From NCBI GenBank assembly GCA_040954595.2, contig CM082583.2:9809656-9873655 (forward strand): a DNA stretch of 64,000 nt. Reading direction: 5' to 3'. Made by a program: the position numbers and the translations under genes. Below the pieces are notes generated by a model. That model searched no databases. It had not been told where the DNA came from and saw nothing but the letters and a program-made list of their open reading frames with translations. Shown here one piece after another: positions 53,614 through 64,000 of the stretch. The DNA comes from Balanoglossus misakiensis (Eukaryota; Animalia; Hemichordata). Every line of letters begins with the position of its first letter. Within the stretch, counting starts at the first letter, position 1.

Positions 53614-54846
53614 ATGGTGGGTGTGAGACGTTGCAACACGGGAAAACTTTAATAATATCCCTAATTTTCGACATGTTTTGAATTTCGAGCGGGTGTTATC
53701 ATATTATACATCTCTTTTATGTCTCGGTGAAGTTTCAAATGATATTCAGTGCGAATTATTGTCTTTTGCAGAGTGAATTTCTGAGAGGTCTCCCGTCACA
53801 CAACGAAACGAATTTTACACGCTTCCATTGTGATTCCGGAAAAACATCGGTATGTACCTTGTATTTGTTGATATTTTCTCTCCTGTCTACCCCTCTCACC
53901 GAATTCTTGTTGCATGAGCTTCAGTCATAGCTAGACCGTCCAGTAACCCCATCGTTCCTTCGATAAATTTCGATACGCGGACAAACCAATGCATACTACA
54001 ACACCTTCGTGTGTATGTTTCATTTTCAGAGCCGGAGACCCACAGTGTATCTTCCTACAACAGATTACCCCTCCGATCAAGGTAAGAATCTACATTTATC
54101 GCTAAATATACATGGTATCCACTTTTTGCTAACGTATTCTTGAATATAGTTTGAATTTATTGTGAAAATTAGGGTATCACACTGGGACCTGTCGTCTCTT
54201 CATCTTCACCAGAACATGACCTATATTAGCTGCAATAATTGTAGCTCTTGTTTTTTCTGTTGGGTCAAAAAAAGGCCTAGATATCGTCAAAATGCCAAAA
54301 GAAGGCGGAAAACGCTACAGTTACTGCAGTTAGACCTATATTAGTGCCTGTCATGTCATGATGGTATACTGCCATCAATCATTGGAAGTTGTGCATTTCT
54401 TAAAAGAATGTATGTAGGCTTTTAGAGGTAAACCGACCCAGCAACTTATCAAAATAATAACAAATCCATCCAAAAGGTGCCCTTCTGAAAGATTTATCGG
54501 TTGAGGTAACGTACATGTAATTCTAATATGGAAGTATATATTTCCTGTTAGTAGGGCAATAATTTATGATCATTTTTCCTGTCATTACAGTGATAACCAC
54601 AGAGAAAACAAATATTCTCCTTAGGTACCTACATCAACAATGGGACAAAAAGGTAAGGTGATTAATGTCATCATTGCCTTTTTTACAGAAACTTCTTTCA
54701 ACAGTTCCTCTAGACAGTGCGTGTCTTGTGTTTTACAGAATTTACATAAGAAGAGGGATACATCAAATGCCAACTTAGAATGTGAAATGCCACCACCCAG
54801 GAAAGCACCCAGGTTAGATTTCAGTGGCGACGCCCACGACACGTAG
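53614..54846 (+). CDS. DDA1: DET1- and DDB1-associated protein 1; 5 coding exons, the first contributing only the ATG
   Basis: Exons 53614-53616, 53772-53849, 54030-54081, 54591-54652 and 54739-54846 give [72 protein letters not shown]...PPRKAPRLD...HDT*. No single ORF in the track covers it. Confidence 0.95.
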
Positions 54847-57800
54847 CAATCAAGAGTCAACGCCAGCTAGCAGCCTTCCGTATCATGCTTTGTGTAATGT
54901 ACTGCAATAAAGTCAAAACCTGCAGGAGAAGATGAAGAAACAAAGACAACAGCATCAGTCAGCAACCAACAGTGTCACATCATCCAGTTACTGGCCGTTG
55001 TATATTAATATCGATAAATAATTTCATATTGCTTTACTTTGTAAATGTTGCCATCAAAAAAGCAACCATGGAGTGGCCAGGTTGAGGAATTATTGTCTGT
55101 GCATTGTATCCTGTGGCCACTTCAGCGTACAGCCTATTGGGCTCAGTTGGTCAGATACATTGGTCATTTGAAGAAACAACAACAGCACCATTTAAAATAT
55201 ACCAAATGGAGGAAATCATCTGAACTTTATGAACGATGAAAATCATTTGTATGTAGCAAACAAAGAAATAATTTAGTCTGAAAACTCCCAATTGAAATAA
55301 GGAAACTACAGTTTGAAGAAAATTGAAAAATAGATGTGCATATATTGTAAAAAAAAGGTGATGCAAAGCCGTGTAATGTACGGCATATTTCATAACAATT
55401 CCAACGTGCTTGAAATAGACTTAGGGTTCAAATATACGTAAAAATATTTAATATTTGAAAGAAGTGGGAACCAGGTATTCCTATATTTAAAGTAGAAAAA
55501 TATAGATGGTAGGATGATTTGAAAAAAAATATTCATGGTATGGGGCTCATATTAAGGAGCAGGGTGTTTTTTTTTGGGGGGGGGGGGGGGGCTATGTATT
55601 GGTATGCTCTACTGTGAAAACGTTAAGTGATCCTGTATATTCTTGTCACAAGGGGGCGCTATCTTGCATTGCCACATTGCTTGATTTCTGACAGTCTACA
55701 GATACTGATATCTAACGTTTTGAATACTTCACATTCACATGAATTGAGAGATGGTAGTAGACCTGTTATGTACAAGCAAGAAAGTCAGTTTTAAGAAGGC
55801 TTGACGATTTTAATTGCTGTCCAGATCTGAATATTGTAGCTGCATTCCTTACGTGTATTGATCACTTTTGTGAATGATGGCCATAAATGGAGGATCTGGA
55901 CTCTATGGATAGCAACAAACATTATGTGACTGTGTTACGGCTACATAGGTGAACTATGCTGCAATAATAAGTCCTACAACTTGTATTCTGTGAGCATCTT
56001 TTTAATTTAATAAATTTTATTCCTTTTCTCTGTAAAAGTGCTATTATAACTTGTGAGATGCGATTTCTCATACACATACTGATGTGTCATAGCGCCACCT
56101 ACGCTATTATACATGTTTTCTATCCTTATTCTATCACTTCGCTTATATGGCGCTGCCAGCATGATGTACAACCTCGTTCTTGTTGTATTCTGGTCCATTT
56201 CTCAAGGAGTTATGCATTGCTCAAGGGTAGAGGGCGCTCGGTGGGAGCGACGAGTTGTCCAGTCTAGTCTAGCTCAAGGCGTCTTTATTTGATTTAAAAA
56301 TTGAGGTCTCCGTGCAAAATTTTAAATGTAAGAGCAAAACTGTCCCAAAGTTGCAATTCAAAAGTGTCGCCGTGCCAATCTCTGTGGAGAACAAAGTAGT
56401 GATTTTTTAATGAAACAAGGCGGTGAACACCTTGTTTCCTTTGTTTTCAAAATGGCCTCCACATCTTCACCCAGATCACAGCCCCTCTATTGTAATAGAG
56501 GGAACGTGTCCAGATCAATCATATTCTCTGTTCCCTGCGACCACAAAAGTAACTTTTACTACGTGGTATCACAGAGAGCACTAGTTCATCGACCTATATA
56601 CATGTACTTGCACTGTCGCAATTGCAACGTGCATACGTCATGCTGCACGAGAATGACCTTTAATAACACCCATACTTTGCTCTCTTTGTTAATGCACATA
56701 AAGACGCACAATGGCGCTAAGCTCTATCGCGCTACACAATGAAGACGGGTACGACTAGGGGAAATCCCGAGACAACACTGGCCATGCTATCAAAGGCATC
56801 TTCGATCCTCATGTTTACAAAAACGTGACGGTATCTCTGACTTGCTCAAGTCTGACGGAAGGGGAAACAGAAAAGAAATAAAAAGTTCAGATTTGCGTTT
56901 AATCGTGCTACTTTTTCATAAAAATCGCCCACATTCGGTGGAAACCATGGTAACGACAAAATCCACGTCTACACCTGTAACTTTTAAACTTTGTCCTGCA
57001 TAGCCAATGGACAAGAATTCGTATCATTCCATGACCATTAAAACATGAACTGGAAAGTTAATTGCAGTGCGGAAAAACACTTTCCCATAGAAATGATAAT
57101 GTTGTCTTCTTCATTAAGTTGTTCAAGAAATACTAATGGAAAACAAATCTGTCATTTCAAATGCTGCTGGACTTATATTCCTTCTCGTCTTACTATTTTA
57201 GTACACAATTTCCCCGTGGAGACCCTATACGTATGGTAACAAGCACACTGTTTTAGTGTGGCACACGTGCAAGTATTTGGTGTTTTGCACGTGGACATGC
57301 TGGATGCTTCGAAGAATCCCAAACTATCGTCCATGTAATTAAGATACAGTAAACAGAGACTGCTTCAAGGTCAAATCGGTCAACACAGAGGTGTCGCAAT
57401 CAAATGCTACGGGGAATATCCCAGACAGTCACCCTTTTCGTAACCATGGCGACCACCGCGCCATGGCCAACACTTGCCGCACGGCCAAGACTTTCACAAT
57501 ACATTTTGTACCCGGACTTGCGTAGCACGGTAGCAGGAAATGCAAAAAAGGAACGCGTGAACAGTAGTCTTAGGGTGATACCAAAATCCCTGGTCACGAC
57601 GAAACGATTGTGCGAATTATTTCCAATATTCACATTAAATCGTAAAAAATATAGAAATTATGCTGAGCGCTGACTGAAACAAATACAGAACTTGTGACAC
57701 ATATTGCTTCCCCGCATATCTTAAAGATCGCTATCTTGAGGATATTGGATACGCGTCGTCGATGTAACCCCTATCTATGACCGTAATGGTATCGTCTAAT

Positions 57801-57959
57801 CTAAACAGTGTGTTTTTTTGGTGGGATTTCCGGGTTTGTAGTACAGTAAGCTAAAGTTTGATGTGTTAGTCTTAGTGTGTTAGTAGTTGTCTGCAGTTTA
57901 CAGCGCCACATTCAGACAGACGAAATCTTTGAGTGTATTAAAACTTTGAACACTTCATT

Positions 57960-60900
57960 ATGGCATACACAGGAGAAGGGAGATACTTGGAAGGATTTCT
58001 GGAATGGAAGGGACCAAAGTCCAAGGTAAGAGAAATATTATCAAGTATAAGTCTTATATGCAATTCTGATGACAGTTTGCGTAAAGGTTGTTTACCGATC
58101 CCCGTACGCCAAACGATTTATCTTAACCGTACGGTTGATTCTTCAGAAACAAACACTCCCACAGCTTCCGACATTGACAACTGGCTTTCAACATGCGAAA
58201 CAACAGACTTTGGGTTCGTTACCATGAAACATAAACACGTAATTTTTACACCCTCGAAGGAGGATCAATATATTCCTGAACCTATATTCAATAAAACATG
58301 ACTCTGTGGTAGATATTCAACCCACGTTGCGGTTTTTGAACGTAAGCGCAATATAATACGTACTCCCCATATAACATCATGAAATCACTTTCGCACAGGT
58401 AAAACTTGTAGGCTTACCGCATGGTAGATTCTTACGCGCGTGAAGCTCAACTTTTTCAAGGGGACGGCAACTTCTCAAAGCTAGAACACGGTGATGTGAT
58501 TAGATTAAAATGTTTGCACGCAAAGTTTCTAATATACAGTTTTCTTAAAATCATATATAAGTGTAATGAAGCACGCGACATAGCAACAGGTGGTCGACTG
58601 ATCCCAGCGCGCCCTAGCGAGTGACGTCATAGCTAGTGAGGGAAAATGCACCTAGAACATTAATTTTTCTGCTATTTAAATTGCGGGAAATATACTCGAA
58701 GATAAATTTTCGTTTGTAAAAGTCGTTTGAAAAACAAACAAATGTGAAGCGTTATCTATATCACGCGTATGGTCTGTGTCTATCAGCAGGCTTAGTATGA
58801 GTATATGTACTTTGAACATTTCAATTGTGCCAAAGGGGACTTCCTTTAGTGCAGTGAAAAAAGGCTGTTGTACCGTTAAAATATGCTTTTTTTCTCTCGG
58901 GGTTCATATAGAGCACTTGCATATATACATGTATTTTTCCAGCTTTCATATAAGCTTTCTGCTGTTGAAGATGTACACGTACATGCTCCTCCAAATTGGC
59001 ATCATGGTGCAGCGCCTTGTAGTTGCAACTGTCGTGATCGGCACACAAACTGAGTCAAAATTTATTAAAGACTTTAATACAAAAAGTGATGAACGAGAAA
59101 CCCAGCTTCGTTGCACCACGGAATCAAAAGTCGACACTGATGGATTTGAATCGACATATGGACAGGGACATGAGGGTTGAATATTGACAGGTTCGGGTCC
59201 AAATGACTACATGAGTACACAGACCTTTGGAAGCTGTCAAGTGGGGCGTGGCACGTAAAGATATTAAATTATGAAACTCTGTTCTAATAAGACAACCGTG
59301 CCCATTCCTACTGTGCCAGCACATTCAGCTATTATTTTAACAAGTTTACTGCAATTGGGGCTCATCTGTTAAATAAATTGATGGACTTTTCATTCGCCAG
59401 GGGTTTTACTCTGTACGTACTATGCGCGCTCAGGCGCTCTTTATGAAACGCGACGAGACGCGTCCTACGCATAGGGATTTTTGCACATAGACAAATATCG
59501 GGGAATCGTCAAACAATTGTGTTTATGGACAAGCTTGTGGCGACTGTACTAGCTAGAGTCTAGGTTTAATATGCAGAATTTTTTTACTAATTTTCTGAGC
59601 TGTCTAGTGCATATTACATGTACCATAGACAGTAGGTGTTATTACACTAAGTCTTAGAATTAAAGGTGGTAGGAAATTATGATCTGACAGAGACTTATGG
59701 TATACCGTACGTCTGTCAATTCTGCAAGTCCATCCATTTGTAATCTAAATAACTTTCCGAAATGCAAGTAATTTGATACAAGCTTTTCCAAGGTCGACAT
59801 GCTTTCGGTCTAAATTTTATGCTAATTCTGATCACTTCTTAGGTGGACTTGATAATAGTACAAGGAAATGCACATATTAAATGACCATGCAAATGTAGCT
59901 TTAGATTTTGAGAATACCTTAATCAGACTGTTAATTTACAAGGTAAATTTTTTTTCGTAGCATGTTGTGGGCCCACAGCCATTTTAAAATGCAGTCAGCT
60001 CTCGCACAATGGCTGCTGAATAATTCATACTTGGATGAGATGGGTGGGGTAAAAATAAAAATAGAATAGATAGGTGCAAGTAAATGCAAGAGTTGGGTTT
60101 TACAATCTGATCTTCCCACCTTGTCATTCTGTCCACTAAAGCAGTTAAAACTTTGAATGTTCTGGAACATGTGCTGATCAAGGAGTTCAGAATGATGTAA
60201 TCACTTTTTGCGAATGGTAGGGACGGGTAGGTTATCTATGTATCCGGATTGATAAAAGCAGATAGTATCAAATTTGATAGTATCCTATTAAAAATATAGC
60301 TGTGAGATTTGTGTACTTTTGGATAATCTCAAAATATATATGAATGTGTTTTCAATATGTATATACCATACACAAGAGTATAACCAAACAACGCTGCTAT
60401 TAGGATATTGGGATCATCAAAATATTTTGACTACTAGTATATACTGGCAGTTTCATAATTATTGATTTTTCTATATATCTATCTATTTTGCAGAATGTTC
60501 AAAGAGTTTGGACAGTGTTACAACACACAGCTGTGTATTTCTATCAGAACAGAACCACTGATTTGCGAGAATCAATTCGTAGCCAGCAAACTGTAAGTAC
60601 AGTATAGTGTATTATTAAAGAATTTTAGAATGTCCATGATCATTCCAAAGTCTGCAACCATTGAACACCAAAGTTTATAACTGTGAGTGTACACAGCCAC
60701 ACTTCACCGTCACTTATAACCCTCATAACTTTTACTCCACACTTGAACGAATAAAAGTCACATGGACATAATTTATTTAACATTCCACAGTCACCCTGTT
60801 CTATGGAACTGCTTGCGTCAACAGTTCAGTTTCTCCCACCTGGGCACAGCTAATGCTGCACAGACTTTGGTCACTTGATCACATTTCATTCGCATGGTAT

Positions 60901-63900
60901 ATTCCTGGTTGTAACTAGTAGCTGCATTACCATTCCAAACATAAGGAAATGTTGCCATCTTCATTATCTGTCTCTTTAATTGAGTTGGGCATTTGACAGC
61001 TGTCTTTCTTCTGATCGATAAATGTAAAAAAAATGGATCCCATTGTCAGAAATGCAAATATTCGGCTGCCATATGCAGATATAAACAATTCATTTACACT
61101 CTAAAGTTTATTTCTTCTGCGTTGTTTTTTTCCAGCCTTTGGCCTGTGCACACATTGATGACAAGACAGTGTTTGCAATCGACAAAAAGGACGAGTTGAA
61201 ATTCACCATTGACTCAACCCAAGGCATACACAGATGCAAGGTGAGTAATGTTGTACCAAACGAATAAACACACTTAAAATTTATATTTCTTCATTTATTG
61301 TGTGCACAGTTCCATTAAAGTTCACACTGTTCAACACATGCAGAGGCCAACAAAGGTTTATTGAGAAGCTTACAATTTAAGCCTGTTTACAGAGCTGATG
61401 TATAGATATCTCAATATTCTGACCCGCTTTCCAGCATTATTTTATGGTACAGCAATTTGACTGTCAAAATGTCACCAATCAGTGTGAAGTATAAAACAGT
61501 AGCAGACAATATTCTGTTGAGCCTTGATCACAGCGATGAAAAGAAAAGTAATGACGAACTCAATCATGACATTTCAGATGCAAATAAAACCCATACAGGA
61601 AAACTGTCATATTTTCTAAAATTAACTGAGTTTTTTTTTAAATCCTAGGCAAAGAAAACAGAGGAAGTAGACCTCTGGAGAGCCTATGTTGTCAGTTTTT
61701 CGAAGGTATGTAGAATTAATTCTAATAGCCTCATATACAAAGGGTGTTTTGCTACAGATTTTTCATGTTTACACAAATATAAAAAAACACTGGATTAAAA
61801 GTGATCAACGCTTCAACCTTTTCCCCACTATGATTTGGTCCAACTCCATTTTTTCTCTGGTGATTTTTGACCTCTACAGAAGGAAATAAGGGTGAAAGGG
61901 TTAATGCACTTACAGGTGGTAATTAAATCATGACCTTTTCTAAAAGGTACAAGCCTGCCAAGATACAGTTGCTATGGTTTCTCTTAACCCTTGACTGTCG
62001 GAACCCCTCTATCAGATTAAAAAGTAAATAATTATGACATTTGTATTACCTGCCTGCTGGCACTGATGCCAGAGTCATGAAATTATGTAGACTTTGCCTC
62101 CAAATGGATGATTTCAAAGTTCTTAACTTTAAATGCTTGACATTGCTGGAATTAAAAGAAGATTGTGATCTTTAAGAAACAATGCAGGGGCTATATGTGG
62201 CATATTTATTACTTGTAAAGGACCATGCTTTCAAAATAAGCTGTCGGCCAAATGTTTTTAGGGATAGTTAGGATTCTTATGTCAGGTAATAGGTGATTTA
62301 ATTTTGCAATAATCACCAACAGTTAAACCACGCGTGGTACACGTGGTTGAACTGATAAAATGTTTTGATTAACAGTTAGATACAATGTGGAATGATGCCA
62401 AAATGACTGCTAAATTCAGTGGGTGCATATTTTGTATTACAGAGGACAATACCACAGGATATCAGCCAAACAATCCTGCCTGGGCAAAGGAATGATATTT
62501 ACAGAGCACTGGAACAAGAGTTCAGTTTGGAAGGAAGGGCGCCCCCACCAGTGCCAGAAAGTGCCAGGCCTAAACGCAATCTGCGAGGGTCTTGCTCATC
62601 CACTGGTTCTGGTAGTTCCACTAGCACTGAGCAGAGACTGGGACGACTTTCAATGTCATCAACTGGATCTGGAGGCAGCTACAAGTCACAAGATCAAGAA
62701 CAAAGTGTGAGTGTAATATATTTTTATAACAACAACAACAACAACAACAGTACCGTGTTTTGTTTTGCATGGACATATTCTTTTAAGAGATTGAAACTAT
62801 TAATGGTAATACAATTAAAATAAATCCAATGTATTAAAGAAGGATGCCCTTCCATTATGTCAACAAGAGCTTATTGAAATCTGAAATACCAGTATGTTGG
62901 CAGAGTAACTTGTTTGAGAACTTTTTAGTTTGATCCGTGCACTTTTTGAAAACTCACATGGGAGCCAAGTCGTCCAGTTTTGTATTCATTGAAGTTCGAA
63001 TGTAATTTAAATTTTCCATTGGCACTTTTCCTTCCAGGGTGATATCCGATATTATCCTGACCACATGAAGGATATCCACGAACCAACATGGTTTTTCCAG
63101 AAGATTTCCAGGACGGAGTCTGAAGAGATCTTGGAGAATAACAAGGACAAAGGTGACATCTTGATACGGAAGAGTGAAAGATATGCGGCTGAACTGGTCC
63201 TGTCAGCCATGCTATTTGTCTCTGGTAGACACGAAATCAGGCATTATCGCATTAAGAAGCAAGGAAAATTCTTCATTCTCGACATTGACGAGAAGGTTAG
63301 TTGACCAATTGGTTTGTCAATTGGTCACCTCTAATTTACATTTGCCTATATATGGTCAAAAGGGCGTGGATAACTGTCCAAATGACCTTTCGGTGATTGG
63401 CTATACATTGTATTTGGATTTTCCATGGAAACAGTAGTTAAATTTGCATATGTTCCCACTCCATTTAGCACATATACCAAAAAATATATGCAAAATAAAC
63501 AACCCACAAAATGCAACTTATTTCAATTTCAAGACTTAAAATTTATGATCTTTTTTCTGAATTTTTATTCTAGCATCCTCCAATTCTGAATCTGTACGAG
63601 CTACTGAACTACTTCATTCACAAAACGGGTGGATACCCAGTGCTTCGGCCATTGGTCACTAACGACCTCAGACAGCTGAAACTACCTCCTCATTTGTATG
63701 AACGTGGATTCAGTAAGTCAATAATTGTGCCAGAAATTGTTGAATTTTCATCAGCTGCAGTGTACCAGATGAGGCATGGTAGCTCTGATGGTAAATTATA
63801 GTGTCATTGCATGTTTTGTTTCAAATCCATTTAACGTCACTCAAATCTTGGTTGAAATCAATTAATTCGCCTCAAAAAATTCATAATATGGTGTTGTATG

Positions 63901-64000
63901 ACAGCTGGTCTAGTTCAAAAATCGAACTTCTTCCCTGTATTTTTCTAACCATATGATTATTTCATTACAATTTATAGTCACCAGAGCCGACAAAGATCCA
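57960..64000 (+). CDS. STAP-like signal-transducing adaptor (N-terminal PH domain plus SH2 domain); 3' end beyond the window
   Basis: In-phase exons 57960-58025, 60494-60592, 61136-61240, 61649-61705, 62443-62706, 63038-63295, 63574-63712 and 63978->64000. PH domain: YLEGFL..WTVLQHTAVYFY..EEVDLWRAYV, then IPQDISQTILPGQ (STAP1/2-like). SH2 domain: WFFQKISRTESEEIL..GDILIRKS..IRHYRI..LYELLNYF. Confidence 0.8.

Noticed and set aside
62292-62354. Two small imperfect hairpins in a STAP-like intron
   Set aside because: Stems of only 7 and 13 bp; plausible by chance or as repeat debris.

Overview
Intron-rich animal (invertebrate-type) genomic DNA, not prokaryotic; most listed short ORFs are noise or single exons. 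Genes reconstructed by hand from GT-AG boundaries and recognisable protein motifs, in order: 3' end of an ACSBG (bubblegum) acyl-CoA synthetase (+); a divergent alpha-type nicotinic acetylcholine receptor subunit (-) with an antisense tRNA-Thr(UGU) in intron 2; PMVK (-) head-to-head with YTHDC2 (+, about 33 exons); an ~18 kb gene-poor stretch holding one intronless somatostatin/allatostatin-C-type GPCR (+); ABHD8 (-) head-to-head with MRPL34 (+); SPG21/maspardin (-) head-to-head with DDA1 (+); and a PH+SH2 STAP-like adaptor (+) that runs off the window. The most unusual structure is a 2.97 kb foldback element (50626-53595). It has ~380 bp near-identical terminal inverted repeats, a target-site duplication and two tandem LINE remnants inside, and it ends 18 bp upstream of the DDA1 start codon. 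Other points of note: a non-canonical receptor pore, a Trp-to-Leu change in the YTHDC2 m6A cage, a perfect 34-bp hairpin, a duplicated acidic maspardin tail, and ABHD8-MRPL34-DDA1 microsynteny with human. No database searches were run; family assignments rest on recalled motif knowledge.
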